Part shown: positions 10,535 through 23,020 of the stretch, one piece after another
Layout of the letters: each line of letters opens with the position of its first letter
How positions within the stretch are numbered: position 1 is the first letter of the stretch
Assembly: GCF_018977255.1 (NCBI RefSeq)
Contig: NW_024704765.1
Location: 8,122,001 to 8,186,000 of the forward strand
Length of the DNA stretch: 64,000 bases
From: Callorhinchus milii
Lineage: Eukaryota
Reading direction: 5' to 3'
Position numbers and translations under genes: made by a program
Notes under the pieces: generated by a model
The model's input: only the letters and a program-made list of their open reading frames with translations
The model's database searches: none
What the model was told of the DNA's origin: nothing

Positions 10535-13500
10535 ACAGTGCAGCTCACTCACTCAAACGCACCGTATCCCTCTCGCTCCTCTTTCTATTCCTCTCACACC
10601 ATGTCTCTCTCCTCTACATCTTAATGAGAATGATATCCCCTTCACTCAAACCCACTGTATCGCATTTCCCTCTCTCCCTCTCTGTCTCGCTCCTCTTACA
10701 TGATGTCTCTCTCACTCACATACGTTGTTTCTCCCTCTTCCTCACTCTCTCTCTCTCTCGGCATCTCTCCACTTACACTGTCTCTCACTCACATACACTG
10801 TATCAACCTCTCACTCTCTCGGTACCCCTCCTCTGTTACCATATCTCACCGGAACACTCACACATATGTCTCCCTCAAACACTGACACAGGCATTGGTCC
10901 AGTCCCACTCTCTATATCTCACTGCCTCTTTTTTTCTCTCTCCCACTCTCTTTTCTCTCTCCTCCATCGCAAACCCCGTCTCTCCCGGTTAGTTAGGTAC
11001 AGTAGTTCCTCGCTGATGCACAGCCAGTCTCTCTCTTCTCTCTCTCTGTGTCTCTCTGTGTAACACAAGCTGATTCAGACACACACACGGGAGCAGGGCC
11101 TGAACATCTGAAAACAGTCACCACCAGAAAATACCCCTCACGTAACCAGCACAAAAACAACTTACAGCGACCCTGCTCAATCCTCACATTAAACCTCGCA
11201 CCTTTCGCCCTCTGATATAAATCACACTCACAGCCCTCTCGAGTTAGTTAGTTTCCCTACAGTTTGAGACGCCGAGAGAACAGCTACGATTCTCCCAACA
11301 ATGTGAGCCTCGTTATACCTGTTGGACATGTGTGTGAGTGTGCGTGTGTGTGTGTGAGTGAGTGTGAGCCTGTTGGGTTGTGTGATGAGTCTTTTAACTA
11401 GAATACATCGGACGGGCGGGTTTGAGAACTTAGCCCCTCTCCCCCCCCACCCCAACGCACTGTCACAATCGATTACACACTCAGTCACACATACACACAC
11501 ACACACACGACCTCTCACACTCACCATCAAACTCGTGCTCGCCTCTCGCCGACTCACACACAACTCGTACACACTCACAAGCGCTCTGACTTGCCACACT
11601 TCTTCCCCCCCCCCCCCCCCCCTCACACACACACACACACACACGCACATACAGGAGCTTGGAATTGTGCACAGTATCACACACAGTGACAATCACACAT
11701 ACACACTCACACACGTGTACATCTCTCGCACACAACCACACACACCTGTATATCTCTTGCACACGCATACGCATGTGTATATCTCTCGCATACGCACACA
11801 CACACGTTACATCCTTTCACACACACACACACACATGTACATCTCTCTCTCTCACACACACGTCCATATAATGTGCCTGAAACCATGGCTTATTCACTAC
11901 TGTAGTACTCATTCGGAGAATACCTCAGGGGGTGGGGGAAAAAATGCTCTTTATTTGCACATAGCGCGTATTTATTCCATTAAAAAGTTGTTGCAGTATC
12001 GATGCGTGAAAATAGGAGAAATACCGACTTTTGATATCATAACGAGACAATACCGAAAACCTTATTTTGCACAACTTAGAAAACAAAATAATAGCTAAAA
12101 TGTATATTGCGTTATCACTGATGTCCAGATTTTATAGAAAAGTGTAAAATGTATTGAACGCGTTTTTAATTAAAAAAAAGTCGTTTTATCAATATTTCTG
12201 GGGTAACTTCCTGCAAATGTTTTAATTTAGACCGCAATACATTACAGGTTATCCTTCTCCTTCACCCCATCCACAAAATATTAATAATAATAATAATTCC
12301 GAAGAAGCCATGAGTATTTTTTTGACAATGAAACAGAGTGATTTTTGTTTGCAAAGAAAGAGAAACGAGTCGCTATGTCTTCACCGAAATTGGGAAAACA
12401 TTTTGGAATAGTCGCTTACAAACCACATCGACACCGTTACCAATATTTTAGCGATTGTGGGACGATTGATGCCTTTATCTCTCTGCCGAGAAAGTAAAGT
12501 AAAACTTAGTGTATCGAGGTAGTTGTCAGCGACGTAAATAGGAATGGGGGGGGGGGGGGGGGGTGTGTGTGGGTGGGAGTGAAAATAGCTCAGGTGTTTT
12601 TTTTTCCGGGGTTGATGGAGGTGGTGGTGGATGGTGGGTGGGGGGGAGAGGGAGAACGATCACAGTAAAACGTGAATGAAACCCCTTCCCATTTAAAAAA
12701 AAATACTCCTCTGCTCAGAAATATTCCAGTTAAAGCGAGAAGTGCCAACGTCTGGATTTGGACACCAGTTTAGTCCCGTCTCTCAGCGGGTGTGGGTGCC
12801 TGTGAGTGTGTGTTGTGTGTGTGGGTGGTGGGGGGGGGGGGGGGGTGTTGAGGAGGGAGAGGAGGGGGGGGGGGGGGGTGTCTCCCGAGGTGGACGGCCC
12901 CTGCATTCCTGACAGCAGTGTTTCTGGAGCTGAGTTCGCTGGTCGTAAAATGCACCTGTTATATCTTTACGTTCCTTGTATCTTGTAACAGCTATAATCA
13001 CTTATCAAACGGCAGCACATAATGTGCACCTCACGCCTGGAACTGCATCCACACAATTCCAGTTGCTGTGGCTTTTTAAGCAGAGAAAACGCCTCTTGGA
13101 GTGGGGTGGGTGGGGGGGGGTGGTGTGGTGGGGGGTTGATTTCCTTAAATTGCTGTACACTAAATCCCATGTACTTTTGCCTGAGCCAGCCAGCCAGCCT
13201 GTAAATACATTATGTCTCTGTAGCCACTGTTTAAACGCAGTTGTGTGTGTGTGTGTGTGGGGGGGGGGTGGGAGGTGGGGGGGGGGTGGGCTTGATGTGA
13301 GGGTCTGTATCAGTCTCCTCGTCTCTCTCTGGGATGCTCTTGAAAGACGCATCCCATGCGATGGCGCTACCTGTTTCCCCTTACCTCTGTTTCCCACGTT
13401 GCAGTACTTTCTTCTCCCCTTTTTTTTTTGCAAAGCGAGCTGCATGATTTTTTTTATTATTTTCTATCTGTACATATTGGCTCCGTCTCTCAGACCAGGA

Positions 13501-15141
13501 ACGTGCAAAGCACACGTCGGGGTGTGGGTTCGGTTGAAACGTTGGCGCACTCGAGTCTTTTTTGCATCGCCTGGGTGGCAAATAAAAAAAAAACCCCAGT
13601 CACTACACTCGACAATAATCGCTTGGAAGAGATTGGATCACGATAAACGATATAACAAAAGCAAGTTCTTTTTCCCCCCTCTCTCTCCCTCTCTCTCTCT
13701 CTCTCTCCGTTTACTTATGTCTGTCTGGCTTTTCTGTCTCTGTTTCCATTCCCTCTTTTTTTTTCTCTCTCTCACTGCTCTGTTTTCCATCTGACTCCCT
13801 CCCTCTGCAGTCAGCACCCACTTGATCGAAAATACTGTCATTTTACGAAAGTTGCTCACCAGAAAAACACAGACACAGACACACATACAATACGCATTGC
13901 ATTGCATTGCCCGGAATCTGGAACAATGTAATTCGTAACAGCCACTGCGACTCAACGCTCTCCAAACTCGCTCTGTTTCAACTGCAATTCAATGTTTAAT
14001 TAAGAATCGTTTCTTTGTGAAGTGTCGTTACTAAATTGGTTCTTGTCCAACACACTCTCTCTCTCTCTCTCTCTGTGTGTATGTGTCTCCTTCACTAGTG
14101 GTCAACTCTATCGCGCATATGGAATACCCTAATAGACCCGAGGAAAAAAAAAATCTTGAAATCATTTGCAAAGGAATTTATTCTTTAACGTGTATATATA
14201 TATATATATATATAAACCGTCTGGACGTGGATTTGCAGAATCTAATGGGAGTTATTGTACATTGAACGGATGCTACAGTTTACGACGAGCCCCGCAGGTT
14301 GGAAAGAGGCGTTTGAGCTCTGTGGGTTCGTGTTATCTGTAAAGGAGTGTTTTCTCTCTCTCTCTCTCTCTCTCTCTCTTTTGCACGCGTTAATTTTATT
14401 TCACGCCGTGGCTTAATACCTATCCATACCCTCCCTCTCAGGTCCCCTTTATTACTGCTGCCCTTTCAGAAACTCGTGAAGTCGTGCAACCCATTCGGAT
14501 TAAAATTCGGCTGCTCACAGTTTCCCCGAGTGTAACTGGAGGGGGAAAAAAAAAACACCTCTGCATCGATGTCTGGAAATAATAATAATTATTATTATTC
14601 CATTTATATTATTGTTAAATCGCTAAGTGAACGCAGCAAGACCTGCGATTGAACGACAGGGCGAGGAAGATGAGCGACACAAAAATACTTAACAGCATAT
14701 AATATTTTTTTTGATCGAGATCAGAAAATAGTCCCAATAAATAAATTCATATTTTTTTTTAATGGGGCGAAAAAAAATTAACAGTTGTCGCTTTCAGTGT
14801 ACACTTAAATAATGCGTCTGTTTTTTTTAACATAACATTTTTTTGGGGTGGGGGGGGGGGGGGGGTTTAAATCGTTTAAAACGTGATAAACTTTCTGTTT
14901 GGGAGCAAAGATTTGCCAGGAGCTGTTTCGGTACCAATTTCAGTTCATTTTATTTTTGGTGTCAATTTCATTTCTTTGTCAATTTCTTTTTTTTTTTGCC
15001 AATTTCAAACCCTCCTCTTTTTTTAAAAAAACACAGAAAGAGAAATCTTTCGCCAAAGTCCTGGAACTTTTGGATACTTATAGAAAGGCTTATTTGACAC
15101 TCAGTGAGTGGATTGGGGGGGCGGGTTGGGGGGGGGTGCGG

Positions 15142-15191
<50 letters not shown>

Positions 15192-15611
15192 GAGATTGAG
15201 CGATTTTTCAAACTATATTTCTATACAAAAAAAAGAATCGATTTAATCTATTGCTTTGCGAGTTCGACTCCAAACGAATCTCAATGAAACGAGGACATTT
15301 GGAAGTCAGGACCGCGGTTGAGTCGGTAACACTGGCCTTGGACACCCTATAAATGGGTGATTATTTTTTTTTTACCCAGGGGAATATTTTTCCGGTGAAT
15401 GTCTTTCCCACATCCCACATCCAGGCAGTGACCCACTGTGAAGCTTCCAGACCAGTCTTCGCTGTGTAACGGTGTAAAATGCGCTTTTTTTTGCGGCGGT
15501 GCTTTTACCAGGTTCAGGTCTGCACTTTCCACTGCAAATGTCCATTCTCTTTAACGTTCCCCCTCCCACCCCACCCCCACCCCCACCCCTCCCCTCCCTC
15601 CCAAAACTGAG

Positions 15612-15733
15612 GTATTTTCGCCCACAAAACACTCAGCCAATTCACTTTACAGCATATTCTGTGAACTGCTTTGAAACGTCTCGAAGACGCGATAAGATAC
15701 TACATCAAATGCAAGGATTATTATCATTATTAC
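15612..15733 (+). mobile_element. SINE 3' tail-only copy
   Basis: cgcccacaaaa...aattcactttacag...ATCAAATGCAAGGATTATT, matching the tail of the full-length copies. Confidence 0.85.
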
Positions 15734-16593
15734 TGTGCTGCATGTTCGTATCCTAATAGATCTGTGATCCTGTTTATGAAGGCAAAACTGTATTTAATAA
15801 AATCCAAATTGTCAATTTATTCCAGTCATATTATAAAATCAGATCCAGTCTATGGGAGGGGAGAGAGGAGAGAGGAGGAGGGTGAATGCTTTGATGGCCA
15901 CAAACATTCATCCAAACCCAAGCCTGAACTTGCAATGTCTCCAAACCAAGTCTCCTCAGAATGAGAAATATTAGAGTCACTTCTCATCTTACCTACAATC
16001 TCTTGTTGGGACAGGGTTTGGGGAGGGGCTAAGAGGGAATATTTTATTTAGAAAGTAATTATTCCTTAGGCGTCCTGAGAATTTATGGAGTCAAGGACAG
16101 ATCATTGATTGGGAGGTAAGTCACCCCACAGTGCCATTGACTCGTCTCCCTGTTGTATTGATTTGCTACCTTTTCTAACAGAAGGGCTTAGAGGAGGGAA
16201 GGCTTCGTAGTTGCCCTTGGCTGGGTGGCAAAGAAAGACACCCCCTCCTCCCCACCCCAAGGCTAGTGTTTTATGGGTGTCAAATTTGCGGCGTTTCCTC
16301 GACGAGTGATGCAAATGGGAACCCCAATGGAACTTCACTCGGACGGGATACACTCACAGAGTTTTGGGAATTCTCCGAATTCTAACCGGATTCCTTATCG
16401 AGCGATCCCGCAAATTCGATCTCCTATTATTTGGAGGGGTATTCCAGTGAGTGTTGGGGGCACTTTGCTTCTCGGTTGCTCAGAGGAAACATCGAATTTA
16501 CTCTAGTTACAGTGAATCACCGAACCAATGCATTTGGTCTACCAACTCAACAATTTGCATTTCTATACTGTCCCTCGTTTAACGGTCCTATAC

Positions 16594-16708
16594 TTTCGTC
16601 CACAAAATATACAGTCAATTCGCTTTACAGTATATTCTGTGAAGCGCAGTAAGACATCTCAAAGACGTGATAAGGCGCGATATCAAATGCAAGGATTATT
16701 ACTATTAT
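16594..16708 (+). mobile_element. SINE 3' tail-only copy
   Basis: cacaaaatatacagtcaatt...tatcaaatgcaaggattatt. Confidence 0.85.
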
Positions 16709-17239
16709 GCGGAGTGCTTAAGTGAGGGACACCTGTTGGTTTGTGTTATTGTTCTCTGGGGTTTCTTCGCCCAGTGGATGTTGTTGGTTTTCCGAACCTC
16801 AGAATAGGTGAATTATCACAGAGACAGGTTGGGGGGTGGTGGCGGGGAGTGGGATTGGTGGGGGGGGGGGTTGGTGGGAGAGTGAATTTCAAGTACAAGA
16901 AGGCACAGTCAACTATGTACCGGACTCACTGGGATTCCAGAGCTCTGACCCCACCTTGAGGTACAGCGGGGAAAATTCAAGCTTTGAATCTGACTCAAAA
17001 TTATCATAACTAGATTGGCAGGAACCAGTGAATTCTGGGGTAACTGGGAACAGAAACCAATTTATCCACCACAGTTTGATCTCGGATTTGAACGCATCAG
17101 GGCATTGTGGAAAGCTTCCCGCGCATTTGCTCACCTATAAATACCCGGTCACTACACCACAGTAAGAATACTGCGAGGCACTTTGGGGCGACGTTTCGAT
17201 GACGTGACAAGGCGCTGTATCAAATGTAAGGATTAGGTG

Positions 17240-17862
17240 AAGGTGCCGTCCTTTGGATGAGACGTTAAACCAGGTCCTGTCCCGTCTGCCTGTTCACATA
17301 GGTGTTTTGTGGCGTCCTGTAGCTCAGTGGTGAGAGCACTTGCTCTGCAAGTGAGAGATCTGAGTTCAATTCCAGGCAGGGTGAAACCTTGGGCAAGTTT
17401 CCTTACTCCACACAGAGCCTAATAATAATCCCTCCCAAAAAAAAAAACAATAATAAATTGGTCATTTTCAATCCACGACTGTTTTGTGACATTGCTGTGC
17501 GCAATTGGCTGCCGCGTTCGCCCACAAATATACAGTCAATTCACTCAGCAGTGTGTTCTGTGAAGCGCCTTAGGATGTCCTCCCGACGTGAAAAGCGCTA
17601 TATCAAATGCAAGGATTATTATTATTATTATTATTAAAGATCAAAAAGTGGCACTCTTTCTACAAGAGAAGGGAGTTACTCCCAATATCTTGGCCGTCGA
17701 CCCTCCAGAAAAAATTGATCGTGGCCGTGTGTGGGATGTTGCTCTGCACAAATCGGCTGCTGGTTTGCCTATAAATACGCAGTCACTCCACTTGCCAGTA
17801 TCCCGCGAAGCACTTCGAGATGTTTTGACGATGTGAGAAGGCGCTAACTCAAATGCAAGGTT
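17240..17862 (+). mobile_element. Old Deu-domain SINE split by a younger SINE
   Basis: The Deu-type block GTCCTTTGGATGAGACGTTAAACC...GGTGTT (17240-17306) resumes as TAAAGATC...GGCACT...TCAAATGCAAGG (17635-17862). Confidence 0.75.
17311..17636 (+). mobile_element. Full-length tRNA-Ala-derived SINE, variant A
   Basis: A box TAGCTCAGTGG, anticodon-arm-like CTTGC-TCTGCAA-GTGAG, B box GAGTTCAATTCC, shared tail and (TTA)n end. Near-identical copies occur at 26048, 35298, 60280 and 63354. Confidence 0.92.
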
Positions 17863-18829
17863 CCTTACATTATCCTGATGTGAGGGTTTTTTAAGATGTG
17901 GACTCGAGAATCTGCACATATTAGCGTTGGTTTTAGCAACTCATACACTTTTGTTATTAACGGTGTGATTTAACATTTACAGCACCTAATGGCCTAGTAA
18001 TAGCACAGAGATTTAAAGAGTGCTTCAGAGAGCTACTAATGCTAAACTGCAGTACATTTAACAGAGACGAATATAAGAAATTGGCCAATTTACGTGGTGA
18101 ATAATCTCTTTGAAAAGTCCCAAATGCTACAGAAAGAGAGGCATTATTTAATCTTCTAGCAGCATTAAGGGAATTGTATCAAAGTACTCGCTCAGCTGCC
18201 ATCACGTGCAGAAGAGTCAGTAGGGCTGGTGAGTTGTCCAAATATTTGCTTGAAAACTATAATCTGTAATAAAATACAATTCTGCTGGCAGTGTCTCCTC
18301 TCCTGCATTTTTGGACACTCGCCCGCAATACTTAGGGGAACGTGGCTTTGCACAATAGTTTGTGGCTGGGATCACTATTGATGCTCCACATTCACTTCCA
18401 GTCCAGCCCAACGATTCTAACTCGCAGTGATTATTTCTGTAGCGCACAGAGTTCAGAATTCACCTTGGAGACCTCAGGTGACAAGTGTGAAATAGGAATA
18501 AAGCGTGTGTGGTAACTCAGTTATATACAGTGATCACCTTTTAATAGGAAAGTAAGGGTCGATATACCACGATAGAAGGGAGGCATTGAGCTTTCTATAC
18601 CCTGTTATGGGGAACAGTGACATGAAGCCACCCTGAGGCACTGATGTGTGTCTTCTTCCAAGGTCTAATCAGCGTGTTACTGAGGCTTGAAACGCCCTCT
18701 TAAGTCTTAGTCTGTAAGATTACATAGAATGATTCCTAGAATAATAGGTCATGGAAACAGGCCATTTGGCCCAACTAGCCTTTGCTGGCAGTCTGCAGAT
18801 CACAATTATTAATAGTAATAACACTAGTA

Positions 18830-19203
18830 CTAATAATAATCCTTGCATTTGATATAGCGCTTTTCACGTCTTCTAGACGTCTCAAAGCGCTTCAAAGAAT
18901 ACACTCTGAAGTGTATTGGCTGTATATTTGCGGATGAAACTCGGCAGCTAACTGCGCACAGCAGTGTCCCACAAGCAGTTGTGGATTGAGTGACCAAATT
19001 ATTATTGTTTTTCTTTCTTGAGGGATTATTATCTCCGGAAAAGCGATCCGCCAATTGACTAACAACCAGGTTCCTTGCTTACTGCTTTGTAAACAGAGGC
19101 GTGTGGAGTAAGGAAACTTGCCCAACATTTCACCCTGTCGGGAAACAAACCCAGGTCTCTGGCTTGCAAGCCGAGAGCTCTAACCATTGAGCTCCAGGAC
19201 TCC
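18830..19203 (-). mobile_element. Full-length tRNA-derived SINE, variant B (longer middle)
   Basis: Same head and tail as variant A on the reverse strand, with the internal block ACACGCCTCTGTTTAC...AACC..GTTGTTAGTCAATTGGCGGATC. Confidence 0.9.
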
Positions 19204-21290
19204 ATAATGCTTATATTTGATACATATTGAGAGGATGGCTCAAGGCACTTCATCTGATTTTACTATAAAACGACGTGTCTGTGTTATTTGTAGGCAGCCA
19301 ATTTGCACACAGCAAAGTCCCACAAATAGTCTGGAAGTGAAGGGCTAGTTCAGAGCAGAAAAGTTTTAAATTTGCTCTTAATTTGGAAGCTTTTGAAGAA
19401 GTAGGTAAAAGCAGCCTCCAAGCAATGACCCCGTGAAGTTGGTTCAAGGTTACAGGCGCTGTATCAAATGCAAGCACTATTCTTATAATTTTTATTATGC
19501 GGGTGAGATGTTAAACCGATGCTCCGTCTGCCTGGTCAGGTGGTTGTATTTGGAAAAGAAAAGGGAATTTCTCTCCCCCAGTGTTCTGGCGAAAATGTTT
19601 TTAAGAATTTTTTCACATCTCCTGCAGAATCTTAAATGTTAAATTTTAAGGCGAAATGGACTTCCACGCTAAGTAAGACTCGATGAAATTTCACGCACTG
19701 TATTGCTCAGTGCGGGGCTCTTGACATGGAGTGTGACTCCCCAGCCAGTACTTAAATCCAATCATCTGTCCTAACCAGTGCTTGATAATTTTATACTCTA
19801 CAGATTCAGAATATAAGGGGAGGGAGACTTGTGCAATCTATCTCGTTTAAAATCGCTTTTGTTTCCCCTTCCCCCCCCCACCACCACACCCCCCCCACCC
19901 GGTGGTTTAAATGCACAGATGTGCAAGTACAAAAATATATTGCCCGGTTTTGCTAGAAAACTCCAACCGCAGTGCGGGTAACCCTTTCAGTGCTGGAAGT
20001 TGGTGCAGATTTCAAATCATGTTCGCAGTTTTTCGTCTGCAACGTTTTCGCGAGGGCTGATGTTTTTTTCCTCTCCAGGATACTGTACTACAACTCAAAG
20101 CAACGGTTCCAATTTCCTGGAAACATTCCACTTCTGTGAATGAATGACTGAATGTGTTACAAGCAAGGAAAGGGGGAGTGCTGGTGGAGGTGGGGGGGGG
20201 GGAGGTTAAGGTGGGGATTGTTCCAAAAATTGGCATAAGCCTGAGATCACTTCAAAAATTGTTACTCCGAGCGATTTCTAAACTCCTTGTCTCCTTGTTT
20301 TAGTCCCAAAATTTAAAAATCATATTGAATGACTGCAGTTGGCAATGCTCACTGCATCGTTGCTGGTCTGATCCTAAAAGGGAATTACAGGGAGGACTGA
20401 TAAAACTGCGGTGGCTTGTGTGTGCTTGCAAATGTCTAATACTCCGATTGGTGACAACTGTAGTCATAATAATAAATAATAACGGTAGTAAAATCAATTC
20501 AAAAAGTTTGATGCAGCGCCTTTCCCATCAGGAGCATCAAAACGCTTCACAGGATTCTCTCTAAAGTCCAGTGATTGCATTTTGTAGGCAGATACGACAA
20601 CCAATTGTCCCACAAAAAGATAAACGGCATTTTGCCAATAAAACATATAGTTGATTTACTTTACAGTATATTCTGAGAAGCGCTTTGATAAGGCCCTATA
20701 AGATGCGATAAGGCCCTATATCAAATGCAAGGATTATTATTATAAAGTGAATCATCAATTTTATCTGGGGTACAGTTGGCCAGGAGCCTGGGAGAGAGAA
20801 ATATCCTTTTCTCCGAGCGTATCACAGGATCTTTAACAAATACAATCACCTGACCAGTCACCCGAATAATAAAAGTAATAAAAATAATGCTTGCATTTGC
20901 TACAGCGGCTGTAACATTGAACCATCTTAAAGTGCGTCACAGGTAATCGTGACCAAGTGTAGTGATTGGATATCTAACCCATTGAGCTTCGCCTTGCAGC
21001 TTAATCTTAGAAACACTCACAGTGGGTACAAGTGCTGGCCTCAATCCAACAAAGGATAAGCATAGAGTTTATAATGCACTCTGGGATCAAAATCTAGCCT
21101 TAGCCAATGAGACATAACGGCAGAGGAGAAGAAGAAGAGGAGGAGGCCATTCAGCCCGCGAAGCCTGTTCCACCCGTTCATCAGACAGTTTCGCATATCT
21201 TTTAATCCCGACGCCTCACTCTATCACCGCATTCCTTTACACCTCTGCTCCCCAAGTATCCATCTATCTCTCTTTTAAACGCCTCTACGG

Positions 21291-21410
21291 ATTTCAAAAT
21301 TCCACCTGGTCTTAGCCTGGTGAGCCATTTTTTTCTCTTGAAGAACTGCGGAAAACCGGCTTCCAAATTCCGACCAGATGGGTGGAATTTTCCACAGTTC
21401 TTAATTTAGA
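21291..21410. repeat. Unclassified dispersed repeat (palindromic/MITE-like family)
   Basis: Shares GTCTTAGCC, AAACCGGCTTCCA and GAATTTTCCA.AGTTCT with 33124-33309. Confidence 0.6.
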
Positions 21411-22808
21411 TCATAAATCGAAAGGCGAAAGCGCATCACTGGGCTCTGGCTCAGTCGTTATTCTGCAAGTCGTAGCTTGGAAGCATTGCCCTGTCAGTCT
21501 GCGAAGCCTTTGTCAACCCACGTTCTCCTCTCTCTCTCCCATGGGATGTGAGAGACCCTGGCAGGGCCTGTATTTATTTCCGCTGAGAAGGTGTCTTTCT
21601 CTTTAAACCACTGCAGTCTTTGTATGAACTGCACGGTACATTCTGTAGCTCACAAATGGACAATGACACCCACTCCGCTGCTGGTGGGGAGGGGAGGGAG
21701 CAAGAGGAGGTGAGTGTGGGGTGCCTCTACACGATAGTTATCCGAACCAATGCAAAGCAATGTGTGTGGGAGTGATTACAATGGGAGTAAGTCGTCTCGG
21801 CCATCGCATGACAAGCAAGGTAGATCGAGTGTTGAGTTTCTGAGACACCCGATGAGATTGTTTTAGCGATGCCTGCACCAGAATCAGAGAACATTCCTGT
21901 TTTGTGCGGGCCGAAAGGCAGCCCGATAATACTGCTTATCCTGTCACGTGATCCATTATACCCCCAGGCCCTCGGTCATATAATAGCCTGTATTTATTCC
22001 ACCAAGTGGAGGTCAACAGTTTCTGCTGAAACTCAATTTATCAGAGGTGCGTGAGAGTAAAAGAAGAGTGAAACCTGGCTCTCGGTGTCTTGTGGATGTT
22101 ATTGATCAAAGTGCTGCAGTCAGACTAAGGCTGCGTTCGACTTACAATGAAGCCTTTCTGTTAGTGAACATCAACTCCAGATCTTTTTCCCTTTCTCTTT
22201 CTCTCTCTCTCTCTTTGCTTTCCCTGACTGGGACGCTATCTCAAGTGGCTTACTTGACTTTCGTCCTCAAGGGCTCAGGCTCGCCTCTGACAGTGTCAGC
22301 TCGTGGCTCTGTCGGTCGTGCTCTCGACACCCCCATCTCTCCCTTTCTGGGCCAGAAGTTTGTGGGTTCAAACTTCCCACCCAGCACAGTGCTGGGGGGG
22401 AATACTGCATTGTCAAAGGCCCTGTCCTTCAGATGGGACCTTAAACCATATTTAAACAGTGTTAAATCCATAGCGTTTTATGTCCTGGGAAGGTATTGGG
22501 TGCAGATGGCAATGCTTTATTTAAATGCAGAACAAATTGAGTTACTTGAATAAATAGGGGATTTCTCTTCACAAGAGGAATACCGTATACAGTCAAAGCA
22601 CATTTCACCATCTCAAAACTGTGAAAGGCAAAATGCCACACAGTCACTACACTTTACAGTAAATCCTGTGAAGTACCTTGAGATGTTTCAAAGATGCGAT
22701 AAGGGGTTGTATCAAATGGAAGGATCATAATTATTATTTTTATTATAATTATAATTTGTGCAACATCGGGACACATGTTTTTATGCATTAGAAGTCACGC
22801 AGTCGTAG

Positions 22809-23020
22809 CCTTTAAGACTATTTTGTCTTAAAATTTAAGATGGACCAGAATTGCGGAAATTCGTTAAAGTGGTAATATGGAAGCCGGTTTCTTTTGAAGA
22901 AGTGCAAATAAACAAAACCGCTTCTAACTTAATACCGAAGAATTGAAGAATCTTCCACAATCCTGTGCAAACTGTAAATGTCAAGGCAAAACGGACTAAA
23001 TCGAGGTGGGAATTCCAAAT
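22809..23020. repeat. Unclassified palindromic repeat (MITE-like), same family
   Basis: Internal inverted arms CAGAATTGCGGAAATTC / GAATCTTCCACAATCCTG and GAAGCCGGTTT / AAACCGCTTC. It shares TTTAAGACT..TTTAAG..CCAGAATTG with 25818. Confidence 0.6.

Noticed and set aside
10108-12098. Long ORFs of 294 aa (10108-10992) and 246 aa (11358-12098)
   Set aside because: They translate CT-rich minisatellite and (CA)n sequence, with S/L/H/T-biased composition and no domain.
17311-17385. tRNA-Ala(TGC) genes at the SINE heads (also 26300-26369, 35540-35609, 60280-60350, 63354-63425)
   Set aside because: There is no proper acceptor stem, and each continues into the SINE body and tail, so these are SINE heads rather than tRNA genes.
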